Source: Pelagomonas calceolata (lineage: Eukaryota). Taken from it: a stretch of 64,000 bases of DNA. Position numbers and translations under genes: made by a program. Each line of letters opens with the position of its first letter. Positions within the stretch are counted from its first letter, which is position 1. Below, in pieces: positions 50,501 through 62,745 of this stretch. A model generated the notes under the pieces. The model ran no database searches, was not told the origin of the DNA, and was given only the letters and a program-made list of their open reading frames with translations. The stretch is from NCBI GenBank assembly GCA_918797485.1, contig CAKKNE010000002.1, positions 3,658,001 through 3,722,000 of the forward strand, in the 5' to 3' direction.

Positions 50501-53500
50501 TGTGTATTAGATCCTGGATTTGCAGGCAGATCACTACTGCCAAACTCTTTGTTGTAAGTGGGTTTGTTAGCTGGGGATGAAAGGCCTCGATGGGATGTAT
50601 CGGAATGCTGTGGCCAAACTGGGAGCTCAAACGAAGAGCATAAGATGCATGAAAGCAGGCGAAAACATAGAATTTGATATCGATGTACTAATGCTAAATT
50701 ACCAACAACAGCAGTAGTTGGACCAGTCTTTTTTTCCAAACCGCATCTTATAAGTGAGTAAAGCAACTCGCATACGTGAATAACATAGGGTTCTACACCA
50801 AGCACAAAAGGCACATTCTTCTCGTTCCCATTACTCGGAGGTAGCTCAGTTAGACTGGAAGTACCCGACCATTCACAGGAGAATCCTCGCCATCTCAAAA
50901 GAACACCCATTGACAAGCTTTTGTTCTTTTCATTGCAGCGAGTCTGGCCACGATGAGCACTGCCAGCGGGTGCCAAACTTGGGAGCAAACCACTGGAGGG
51001 CTCTAGGAATCGGCGATTCAGTCCGCCCAACTTCCCAAGTATGCGGAGTGCAATAGTTCCGAGTGCATAGGGAGCAGGTCGAAGGTGGCTACAGACACCA
51101 AGCATCGTCAAGGCATGTAACTGAGGTTGGCCGCGCATCAAAGAAATCAAGTGCTCGGGACCCAAGTGATCCAGGTAATATTCAAAGGTTCTCAACCCCA
51201 ATGAAGGGAGATCACCGGATTGAATTTGTACTGCATTGGCGACGAGGGGGAGCAGGCGCGGCAAAAATGGAACCAATTTGGCTAGAGCTATCGGCACTGT
51301 CATGCATAATTCAGTAAGAATCGAGCAAATCAAAGATGACCGTTCCACATGTGAGCGCTGTCGAATCAAAGTTGTGAGTACAAAGGCGGATGTTTCTCCT
51401 AATTGTGCCTGATTAGACTTGAGTTCGAAGACCTCAGGGGCAAGGCAGCTTGAAACCGACCTAAATATGGAACGGAGCAGGAGATAATAGGCCATGGGCT
51501 CGTCTACCACCACGGCATGCTGCAAGCAGGCACAGGCCAGCACGCGGAGACGATCCCTAAGAATGATTTCATTTTGAGGAAACAATGCCACTGAGCCAAG
51601 AATTATTCGAAATAGACGCAAGACCGTTGATGCGCGCACGGGCGGAGAAACCCTGGCAGCATTATTGACAATATCTTTAGATGTTGCTTTATAGACTGGC
51701 GTCGGCTGACTTAGGCCACCGTGTGATTGCGACATGAGAACAGAATGGTCATTAAACAACTCAAAACCTGAGAGTTCGCCAAGCTTCCCCATAAGGTATC
51801 GAATCAAGATATCAGCGAACGTTGCTGATACATTGGAATTGGCAAGAAGAGTTTGTGTTATTGCTAGTAATGATGGAGATTCTAGCATGGCATCAAACAA
51901 CATTGGTACGTGCTGACCGACGGTGGGCAGGATATTGGAGTGTTCAAGGACAGTAAATGCACTAGCGAAATTGTCTAGAATCTCCTTCAGCTCTTTCTTC
52001 TGTACTTTATTTCCACTTGCAATCACGCGACAACATATTAATCCCCAATAGAAGAAGAGACTAATAGTTTCGGCCTCGTCGTGGGAAAGGGAATACGAGA
52101 AGTCGTTGTTGGCTGATGTTCGCATGTGAATCTGATTCGCCAGGCGACCCCCCCACCCTTTACCACTCCCTTGCTCAGACAGGTTATTGGGCTTGGGCTT
52201 TGAGCTTCGTGAGTAGTGTGATATGCACCAAATAACAGTCTTCAAGCCCCGAATTAAAGTTTGGATCAGTGGTCGCACGTCTGCCATACCATCAGTGGGT
52301 GTAGAATCAGATGTTGTAGTAATTGGAGAGCTTTCGGTCCTACCTGTGGTACTATTGCACTTGCTAAAATTAAGCTGACGACACATCATATTACATCCGG
52401 GCCTTTGCACACTATAGTTGATCTGTATCATGTGAAAGCGCAGGGTATCAAACTTTGCGACCATTGTTTTCATAATGTGGACCAGCAAACGCTTTCCGTT
52501 AGCTTTTTCCGACCCACCGCTATGAAAAATAAAATCGACCAGATTCAGCAGTAATCTAACGGATGTTGTTTGGACGTTTAAAGGAAGTGCCGGATCATGC
52601 AAATTTCTCGAGAAGAGCAATACTACACATGAGAGCTGGGATATGCTCAGCTCTGCACGGACGTGATGGACCAAGTCTGCCAGTGTCGAAAATGCGAGAG
52701 GTCGAAGCGTGTCTCGGCTTGGATGACCAACGCCAATGAGCACATTTTCGTCGAGTAAGGTATCTATGTGTTGATAAAATCCTCGACGGAACTCGGTAGC
52801 AAGAATGTGACGAGTAGCAACAAGGAGTTCCTTTCTGGTAGAAATCGCATCGCCGGGACATGCGATCATCAGAGTGATGACAGCCTTTGAAATTGCCTCC
52901 TCGTAAGGTTTCATCAACTCTGAGAATCCGCGTAGCAAGTAAGTCAAAAATGATAAGGTCTTAACTTGACATGCAATGAATTCTTTATATCGATTACGTT
53001 GAAGTTTATGTGCTAGAATAGGCGCATGTAGTGCTAGACCACCCATCATCAGCGGTGTGAGCAAGGGAATATTCTCTTGGATATATTTTGGATATAGTTG
53101 AAATAAGAGCATCACAATCAGCGGGCACTCGGTTAGTACTTTGAAAGAGTCCAGACCCTGAAGAGCTGATATAGCCGCCGCCGATTGCGCACGTGGAGCA
53201 GACTCAAGAGTCACCGTTTGCTCAGGTATTGTCCGTGTAACGGAGAATGCCTCACATTTCTGAAGATGACCAGGGCGATTAAAGACACCTGACGCAGTCA
53301 CTGCTGGTGAACCTAAGAATGAGAATACATTAAAAAAAAAATACTGAGCAACCTACGTTGATCTGGAAGCGAGATAAAAAACGCTTTGTTGATTGATGTG
53401 GGAAGAAGTCGATAGATGCGTTGCACTAGGTCAAGGAAGCACTGTACCTCACCCTCTAGAGCAGGACGGAAATTTTTGTGCAAATCAAATATAATTCGTA

Positions 53501-53947
53501 GGCATGTGAGGGCATTTTCCTCTGTGTCGCGGGATAATGTTTCTGTGGCAATTCGTAGGAGCTCTGGCGCATATGGCCGCAAAACTTCATTATTTGGAAG
53601 TCTATTCATGATCTCTAGCACAAGATGGCGGAATCTTACATCGACGCCATCTGCAGGATGCGTAGCTGGGCTGCGCAGGAGAATAGTTCGAAAAGCGGGA
53701 AACAGATGCCTTAGGAAGTTCGCATATTCAGATGTGTGTACGATCTCCTGCAAACATTAAATTATGCGTATCGTCCAAAGGCTCCTTAACTTACAATTCT
53801 TTCGCGTATGTCAGTTGCACAACGCAATGCGTCAGAGATATTTGTCGCCATAAGTCGTCGGGCGGCTAACTCAAAATTTAGTTTGTGCGTCGCGCGAGAC
53901 TCCGCCGTCTTTGGCCTTACGTCTCGCTGTGCTTGCACAGCCATCAT
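41535..53947 (-). CDS. TRRAP: Transformation/transcription domain-associated protein TRRAP/Tra1 (PIKK pseudokinase)
   Basis: DIRERI|EIVHTSEY, RLPNNEVLRPY, SFKVLTECPLIVMLLFQLY, ACQVKTLSFLTYLLRG, RKELLVATRHIL, LRPLAFSTLADLVHHVR, KDLIKFAWNHLK, FAT (WRNRLPN.WD), VPFRLTRNM, WEPWL end. GT-AG introns near 53749-53794, 53313-53356 and 47322-47367. Confidence 0.97.
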
Positions 53948-54904
53948 CACGTTTGCTTAGCCCCGTAATTATATTGGGAGCTGGACCATACCGCCTCAAG
54001 CTAGCTCTGCCCTGGGGCCGATAGATAAAATATAGGATTCAGCTTACCCTAGTCTCCCTAGTGGCTAGTGAAAGTAGTAGCAGACTAATAGTTGGGAATT
54101 TCTTCTTTGCTCAGTTGTCGCCCACCGGGTCAACCAATCCCGGGGACAGGTAGTAGATCCCCCCGGGCCCCATCAAACAGGGAGGGAGGGCGGGCTAAAT
54201 AAATCTGAGGACCGACACAAACCACAGCCAATTTGGCTTTGTGGTTGGGCGGAGAATCCGAGGGGAGCCTAAGGCTAGTACAGTAACCAGGGAACTGCTA
54301 GCTGGCTTCTAGCCTCGCGTTAGAATTTGGTACACTCACGGAGGTGTCCCAGCCCAAAGGGCAGCCCAGGAATAACCTGGGTTGTGTTTGGTGCCATAAT
54401 AGACCCTATGGTGCTGGAAGCCAGCGTTGAGAAAATTTCTCAGGCACATGGTGCCTCTTTGTGTAAACGATACTAGTGCATCTGTCTCTTTCTCTAGTAG
54501 CCCGGGCCGCGGCCTGCAACTCTGCGAATAACGCAAGACCAAAGGTACGCACCTTTTGGAGTACAGCGGCTGAGACAGTCCGCCAAAGAACTAGCCTATG
54601 TCCGGGCCGGCTAGGGCAAGCATTAGTTATCACTTCAAGTTTAGGCCCGGGATCGTTAGCGAGCTCGCCCGGCCAAGTTGAAGTCGGCGATAGTATCATG
54701 ATATGCGGGAGACTCGGATAGCACACCGTGGCACGAGTTGAGATAAGTTGGGCCCGGCCCGGGGCCGGCCCGGGACTCAGAATCTAGGACTCGGACTCGG
54801 ACTCCTCAGGCTAATTGGACCCAGCGGTCCGGCGTAGGCCTATTTATCGTGTTCCGCCAGTGGATCTGTAAGGGGCCTATTTCCGGCCTGATCGAGGCAC
54901 TAGC

Positions 54905-56764
54905 ATGATAGCGCACATGGCTTCAAAAGAAGCTTCATATCTTCTCATATCACGACGGTAGCTAGCGCACAAACAAGAATGAATGTAGCCGGCTCATCAA
55001 CAGAGGGATCATCGTTGGTTGACCAGTTACAAAGGTATCTAATGAGAGGATGAACTTGTATGAGGAGGATTGTCTTAGATACCGTTCCAGGACCCCTGGG
55101 AGCAGCGTAAACCCAAAAGGTTTGAAACATAACTTGTGCATCTTACTCATCCTTCAGGCGAAGACATATCCGAGAACGGCAACAATATATGCAAAAGTCA
55201 AATCCGTGACTGTCTGTCGGATAGATGTGTGGCTGTTGTTGTTAGCAATTTCGAAAGATACCCTGTGCATGAAAATGTACCTGCAGGGTAAGGTCGCGCG
55301 GTGGTTGCATTTGACTGCGTGTCTTCTAGATGTATGCGCGAAATAACCTCGAGGCTCGTGCGGGACCTAGACCTTAAGATTGCTTCTGAATTTATCTTTG
55401 ATGAGAGTTATTGGAAGCAGCGGTGCTATCAGCTTCTACCTAAAAATTATCAAATTAATGAGCACGGGCTAACTTGGAAACAGTTGTTTTTTGAAACACA
55501 TCTTCAACAAGTACGCTAATTTTTGACACGCCATAATTACTTACCTTGTCAAAGTGCCTGGAAGAGCTTGGTTCTCATGAATTGGAGGTGCACCTGGCCA
55601 ACAAAGTAATTCAATTATGACGCAATTAGGGAAGACACGGACTAGATCTTCTGTCAGTAGCCAGTTACTCCCAAAATTACACATTTACCCTCAAGGTCTG
55701 AGCCAAGCGATTTACTTTCCAGTAATTTGTGTCTGCTGTATAGACTCAACAGCTGCTGGGACATCCAAATATAGATTTGCTTTGCCAAGCGGTGTGCAAC
55801 ATGCGCTGTGAAGTCGCTTAAAATGATCCACATAGCTACCCAACCTCACAAAAATTGAAATGAAGTACGGTGCGAAGAAATTGGGCATGAAATATGATCG
55901 AATGCTTTTCGGAATGAAGGTTGCTCGTCAGCTCCGGACGTGTTGTTATGATATTTTCAAGCCAGGTATCTGATGCATATTGTCTTGCCAAAAGTATTTC
56001 TCAATCCGAGAGTCTCACGACGCTCATCCTCCAGTCAAACTTAATTGATGATGACTTACTCAGAATGTTGATGACTGGTCTCATTAAGGTAGCTATCGAT
56101 TCTTGACTTCAACGATATCACTATCTCAGAGCTCACAAATAACCAGTCTGGATCTTGCTCACAACAAGATAACAAACCATGGAGTACGTTTACTGTCAAA
56201 GCTACTAGACAAATCGAGCGTATTGACAAGCCTGAACCTTGCAGACAATCAGATCAACACAGAGGTGCATGTATGAGTCAGTTGACACCAACTTTTAATA
56301 TTTTCCACAGGGTGGTCGCTACCTTGGGCGGGCTCTAAGAGCAAATGAATCTCTCGTAGACATGAACCTACGACTTAATAGATTGATGGATGACGGAGGG
56401 CGTATGCTCCTTGAAGGTCTTTGCGATACCTGTAAAATAATTCACCTGAACCTTTCTGGAAACTTGCTTGCAAGGCAAACTACAATAATGCTGATGCACA
56501 TTTTAGCTGAAGGCAATTTACTTCTGGAATCTTTGGACCTATCGTGTAATGAACTCACCAACAGAGACCTGCACGACATCGCGAAAGCGATGGAAGAGAA
56601 TGAGGTAATTCATCAATACTATCAGCCCCTGATTTGCTTTTTGGTTCTAGGCCTCGATAAGCATGGATTTGCGATTGAACAGAGTAACTGGCGAATCTGC
56701 TGTATATGATACCATACAGCAGATCCTTCGGCGAAATGAATTGAAAGCACAATCTGGTGGCTGA
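54905..56764 (+). CDS. TCTE1: Dynein regulatory complex subunit 5 (TCTE1/DRC5), LRR protein, many short introns
   Basis: IFDESYWKQRC..INEHGLTWKQLFFETHLQ, YGAKKLGMKYDRMLFGMK, NLIDDDLLRMLMTGL, LDLAHNKITNHGVRLL, MNLRLNRLMDDGGRMLLEGL, ISMDLRLN. 5' exons uncertain. Confidence 0.88.
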
Positions 56765-57085
56765 GCTCAAGTCCAGCGCTTACATATCTGGGTGCCGTGG
56801 TGAGTGACGTGAATACATGTATTAGTGCTTGAACAAACTAGCTACGGGAGTCTGGGCCGGCCCCGCAGCGAAGCCGGGGCGGATTTGGAAATAAGTAAAT
56901 ACATAAATCACGGCCTAGCTCTAAGCAAAGCAATAAACAAGTAAATAAAGGAAGACAAAAAAATGAACAAGCTCCTAAGACTCTAGTAGGAGCCTGCTCC
57001 GAGTCCGACTCGCCGGGAGTGCAATGGATTCAATGGAAATACACGTCTAGTAGGATCACAAGGTTCAACTGAGACGTATCCAAGC

Positions 57086-57341
57086 ACAACCCGTACTTGT
57101 ATTACCCGCCTAGGCTACTTCCCATCCTAGGGTACTCCGATATCCCCTTAGTAGGGGGGAGTCGCCTCTCACTCCTAACTAGTTTCATCCTGGGTCACTT
57201 TTATTGACGGACGCAATTCCCCGTCACAAACCCCATCAAACATTGGGAGAAACTATTTCGTTAGACGACTACACTACGCTGCCGGGGAAGTCCGGAGCTA
57301 CACACTCTATTTCCCCGGGCCTCAGGCTATCATGCATCGCA
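57086..57341 (+). repeat. Dispersed repeat family B, followed by decayed ORF pieces (57369-57831); possible 5' end of a retroelement
   Basis: Matches the reverse complement of 40650-40890 apart from substitutions and stacked short insertions at 57314-57333. Confidence 0.85.
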
Positions 57342-58279
57342 GGTAAGTGATTAGCTGCACAAGTTCTAGTGAAGCAGCAAATGAACGCGCTTAGGGAACA
57401 ACTTGCACAAGTGAGGCAGAAACCTCCTACTCAAGGCGCAGCCCTCGAGGCATTAGCAGCAAGCTCTAAAACAAATGAACTTGAAAAGCTTGCGCGGCGG
57501 GCACTGGCAGTAGGCAACTCACTTAACAAATCACATGGTGTATATAAACGCGATATGCCACCCTGGGCTGGCAGAATTACCTCAAGTACAAGCCAGTCAA
57601 CGTGCGTACTGGGGCACAGCTGGACGCGGTTCTGCTCATATTGAGGGACGTACGTCAAGAGATGCATTAGATCACCTTTACTGGATAAATGACCTCGACG
57701 ACAATGAAGAACGACGAGGAATCTTCAAAATAAATAATACAGCATTACTAAAAACGAATGTCATCTTGCAAATTACATGCTTCCCCATCAATCTGACTTT
57801 AGCAAGAAAACCACTGTTATATACGTGCTAAAACAGTACTTTAGGCAAAGGAGTAGACACAAGCGAGCCAGGGTATGCTCAAGCCGCGCGGGTTCGTGCC
57901 CTGGGGCCTTCCAGGGCCAACCCGCGGGCGCCGCGGCGCCGCCGCGTTAGCCTCGAAAACGAAGGGGACTGCTCGGATGGGGGGCGGGTCGGCGTGGGGC
58001 CCACAGATTCCACGTTTCCCCTTCCTATGCAGCCTTCCGGACGGCCTTGGGCATCGAAACGGACCCCTGGCATGCGTTTAATACCAGCATTATCTAGCAT
58101 GGTATTTTTCCTCCCACTTGCAGTCGAACTTGCTATGACCTCGTCGCACGCATCACCCTGCGTTGACCGTGTTTTCCGTCCGTGTGGAGCGTTCAGAGCA
58201 CTCCGGCTTGAAGGAATTATAGTCACTCCGGAGCGAGCGCACTTGCTACAGCTGCACACAAGGTAGTTCTCCTTTTTGC

Positions 58280-59562
58280 ATGACGACGGCCCCTTCGCTC
58301 CAGGCGGTCGCGGGTCGCGCCACCGCCGACGCGCGGATCCCTCCGTCTTGCCCCCTCGTCGGGGGTGCGTCGCGGGAGGCCGTGAAACGCTGGGCAGGCG
58401 CCTCGCGCGACGCCCTGCTGCTCACGCTCGCACTGGCCCGCTGGCTCGCGGCGTGCCGCGGCGGCGCGGCGGCGGCGGTGCGCGAGCCGGTCCCGGCGGC
58501 GCGCGCCGCGTCCGCCGCCGGCGTCCCCCTGCGGCGGGCGCTCCGCGGCGTCCGCGCCCGGCGGGCGCGCACGACGCGCGGGCTGAGCCCGGCGGGCACG
58601 CCCGCGCGGGCCGCGCCGCGCTGCGCGCGCGCGGTGGCAGCGTTCGACCAGTTCGAGAGCGTGCACACGGTCCAGGGCCGCGGCGAGGGGGCGAAAAAAA
58701 GCGCGCGTGCGGAATTGGCGAGCGCCGTCCCGCGCGCGCCGGGCGCGCGGGCGCGCCTGGCCGGCGGCGCGCTCGCCGTCGCGGCCGCCGACTTCGCCCT
58801 CGGCGCCGCGCCGGCTGGCAGCGGCTGGGCAGTCGGCGGCGGCGCGGCGGCGGCGGCCGCCCCCCTGGCGGCCGCGCTGCGCGCGGCGGCGCAGCGCCTC
58901 AACCGCGACGCCCTGCGGCGCTTCCGCGCGGCCGCCGAGGCCCTGCTGGCGGCGCGCGGCGGCTTCGCCGTCGTCGGGGCGCCCCGGGACGAAGCGCTGG
59001 CGCTGCGCGCCTGGCCCGCGGCGCACGCGCGGCGGACCTGGGGCGTCGAGGTCGTCGTTGGCGCGAAGCGGGGCGCCGCCGCGGGCCTTGAGCGCCGCTG
59101 CGGCGTCGGTGATGTCGAGGTGCCTTCGGCTTGGGGCGTTGGATCTCGGCCTCGGCCGCCGTTCGACACGCAGCGCGCCGCGGCCGCGTCGCGACGGTTC
59201 GTTCACGCAGCGCCGTGGCGACGGTCCTGCCGCGGCGGAACCATGCTCGGCGCGTGGAGGCTCAGGGCCGCCGCCTGACGCCGCTGGGCGTGCTCCACGG
59301 CGCGACCGGGCTCGCAGCGGCCCAGGCAGTTACGTCGGCGCTGCCCGCGCTGGCAGGCGTGTTCCCCGGCCCCGTCGGGGTCGCGCGCCGCGGCCACTAC
59401 GCCTTTACCGTCGAGGCCCCCCTCCCCGGCGCGGTGGCGCACCTCGCCTGCCCGCCCCCCCGTGGGGGCTTCCTGCTCCTCCACGGCCCCCTGAATCTTC
59501 CTGATCGTGCACGCGAGCGTGCGGCGAGCGCACTGACGCGCGCCTTCTGCCACAGGAGGTAG
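58280..59562 (+). CDS. Hypothetical GC-rich protein, probably two exons
   Basis: ORFs 58280-59278 and 59131-59562 can be joined by a GT-AG intron at about 59120-59265 (VE|GRRLTPLGVLHG); no family recognised. Confidence 0.4.
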
Positions 59563-60905
59563 TAAGGTTTTTCCGCTAAGGGTTTCCTTACCGTTTAACG
59601 GCAGTGGGCACGACACACACACACAACAACATATATCCATCGGGGCGACGGCGGACGAGGGCTTGCAAATCGGTCAGAGCCAAAACTTGACTCTAAGCTG
59701 CTTGCTAGTGTCTTACAGTCCGCTAGCTCTCAGCTCGCACCAGTCCTAGCACTAGTCCTAGCACCGTAACAATAGAGGAGCGTGAGACATGGTCCAAAGG
59801 TCCACAACGAACGACAGGTGCCGCGTTCGATGTATAGATACTAAACGCTGCATTACTCGGGCTCGCACCGTCGTCCCCTCGCGTTCGCGGGGAACGGCTG
59901 CATTTCGCTCCGTCGAGCTTTTTCCGTACCGACAGCAGGCGCCGTCTCTATAGCCGTGATATTTCCGTCAAGTTCAGTTCCATGACGAAAATATCCATGG
60001 CGATTTCTGTTACGTCGCGCCGCGGGGCGGTACGCTGAGCATGATCTCAGCGACGGAATTGGTGCGAAAATCCAGAAATTTCTTAAAATGCGAAATTAAC
60101 AAAATGCCCAATTCATGAAATCCGTTTTTACCGACTCCTGCGAACTTGACCTTGAGTCTCTTGCGGCGGCGTCTATTAAGTGTAGTTGCGGGATACCGCG
60201 GTGCGCGGGTATACGGTATTGGTGCAAATAGCCGCCCCTGCGCGTTGCACTGACTTTGTTACCATCTCGGGCAGCCTCGGCTCAGCGAAAGTTTTTCGCA
60301 CGGAGCCCCACGAGGCTCGTTATGGGTGCGTCAAGGGCCGAGCTTCAGGTCAGCTTTTCTTGGCCGCATCGCGTGCCCGACCGCCACTACCACCGCGGCA
60401 CACTCGAGGCATCCCAGAGCAACTTCCACCTTGCTTGCGGAGACCGCCGGGCAGCGGCTTCATCGCGAACTAGTGCTGCGATTTCTGCGTGAGATTTCGC
60501 CCCAGGAGAGCATTTCAGCACGCCATAAAACCACGAAACGCGGTCGCCACGGGCAGCCCGCGCGCGTGGGCTGCGACGAAGGTGCCGTCCTGCGGCCTCG
60601 ACCCCACAATCGCAGCCACGGCCGCCAATCGCCGTGCTGTGCCGCCTAAAAAAGCCGGCCTGATGGGGGGCGAAAAAAGCCGGTCCACGGCGTCCAAAAT
60701 TTTAACAGGTCACAACGTTAAGGATTTTGCCGGAGGGCCGCTAGAGACTCACCAAACTAGGATTTATTTTGCCTGCGAACCGGGCGGGTTGCTAAGCTCC
60801 AGGGGGCTCGCCCGGACGCCAAGGGGGCAAGGGGTTTGAAACTCCGGTTGCTACAAGAGTGGTTAAGACAGCTGATAGATCACTTGCCACGAGCCCCATC
60901 TTGCG

Positions 60906-61866
60906 ATGGATGGCAGCCGCAAGCGAGCGTGGACGCCCGCCGAGGACGAAAAGCTACGGACCGCGGTCGCGGTGGGCCCCGTGAAGTGGGCGAGCGTCGC
61001 GCAGGCCGTCGGCACGCGCAACGCGAAGCAGTGTCGGGAGCGGTGGCACTATAACCTCAACCCCGAAATAAAGAAGGGCCGCTGGACCGCGGAGGAGGAC
61101 GCGCTCATCGCTGCGCTGCCACACGGCGACTGGGCGAGGGTCGCCAAGGCGCTCCCGGGCCGCACCGACATGGCGATCAAGAACCGCTACCACACGCTCT
61201 CAAAGCGCAAGCGCTCGGCCGCGCGCCCCGGGGCCGGCGGGAGCGCGCCGGCGGCCGCACGCGCGGCCAAGCGGGGCCGCGGCGCCCCGCGCGTATTGCC
61301 GCCGCCGCCGCCGCGGGCGGCGCCGCCGCGCACATCGCCGCCGCGCGTCGCGCGCGGCGGCCCCGCGCGATCGACGTCGAGCCCCGAGCTCTCGGCGCTC
61401 TGCGACGTCGCCGGCGGTGCAGAATTCAACCAGTGGTCCGCGCCGACCGAGGATGGGAGATTTACACGTCACCTTTCCACACAATCGGCCTATTCGAACT
61501 CATTTGATTTCCGCACAGGTCGCCGGTGTTGCACTGGGCGACGACGCCGCACGGCCGGAGTCCTGCTCGCCCGAGCTTCTCCGCGTCTGGGCCCGCGCGG
61601 CCGACCTCGGCACGCCGGAGCCCCCGGAGCACCGGCGCGCCGCGTCGGCCGCGTCGGCGCTCTCGGCGCTGAGCCGCGCGACGACTGCGCGGCTTACGCC
61701 AGTTGCGCCGTGCGGCGGGCCTTTGAGCTCGCCCGAGCTCGGCGCCGCCTTCGGTGTGCTCCCACCCCCACCTAGTCCTCCGAGACTCCCACCTAGCGCG
61801 GCGACGGCTGGCGCAGACGTCGCGCACGGCTATTTGCAACGCGAGGGCGCCGGCGGCCCGGGGTAG
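60906..61866 (+). CDS. R2R3-MYB transcription factor with an introner intron
   Basis: WTPAEDEKL..WASVA..RNAKQCRERWHYNLNPEIKKGRWTAEED..WARVAKALPGRTDMAIKNRY. Removing 61407-61518 joins in frame to the 61417-61866 ORF. Confidence 0.92.
61415..61518 (+). mobile_element. Introner element (TIR DNA transposon forming a spliceosomal intron)
   Basis: Perfect 8-bp TSD GTCGCCGG (61407-61414, 61519-61526); right TIR TTGATTTCCGCACAG and degenerate left TIR CGGTGCAGAATTCAA. The GT donor lies in the TSD and the AG acceptor at the TIR end. Confidence 0.92.
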
Positions 61867-62359
61867 TGGCCACACCGCTATAATGTCCGTCAGCTCAGCC
61901 TGGAGTCAATTGTTCTTCATTGTTCCTAGGAGCTCGTGCGAAGCCCGTCGACTCGGAGCTAGTAGCCGCTGCACGTCTAGGACCCAGGGCTCGATGTAAT
62001 AGCGCCGACGTCCCCGTCACGTATTGAGCTCATGCCTTGTATTAAAAGAAGAGTAGCTTATTCCTGGCAAGGCCCGTTCATTTTATCCCTCAGGCGCTAG
62101 GCTCTCAAAAATCATTGGCCCTCGGCGTAGGGAGGAGGCTATAAACTTCGCGTAGGGAGGAGGCCTTTAGAGGCTTGGTGTATGTCCTTTTCCACTAGGA
62201 TATTCCTTCATGCCTTGGTACTTGCCTCGACGCGCCTGCACGTATCAAAGGCCCGACGGGCAGCTTGTGCCCATCCGCTTTTGGCTCACATCAAAAAGAA
62301 CCCAACACCGCAATTCGGGACAGGGTCTAGGTTCCCATCACCCCGTAGGCCCCACCCCA

Positions 62360-62745
62360 CCCCAAGTCGGGTAATTCTTTCTTGTAAGATTTTGACGCAT
62401 ACTCCATGAGTCCTAATTAAGATAAATTACCCTGTGAATCTTAATACTGCGTTGAGACTTCGAATTTTATAGGGGGTTAAGCGCACCCGTCGACGTTGAT
62501 TTTGCGCAATGTCGCGACAGCCACGCGCCGAATGGCGGGAAATTTTTGCTGAGGCGCAGGTTCCGTATGCTAAAATAATGGGCTGTGCGCAATTTGGTAC
62601 CATGCGGGCGACCGCGACCACTGCGATAAAACCCGAACCCGAACCCAAAATCGCCCTGAGACTTATAAATTGAACCATAATTACGAAAAAATTATTTCCT
62701 AACGTTCCATATCTATATAGGGCTCTAAGGGATTTTCCTCCTTTT
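62360..62745. repeat. Dispersed repeat family A, copy 3 (diverged)
   Basis: Shares GAGACTTCGAA..TATAGGGGG, GCTGAGGCGCAGGTTCCGTATGCTAAAATAATGGG and ATTATTTCCT..CGTTCCATATCTATATAGGGCT. Confidence 0.85.
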
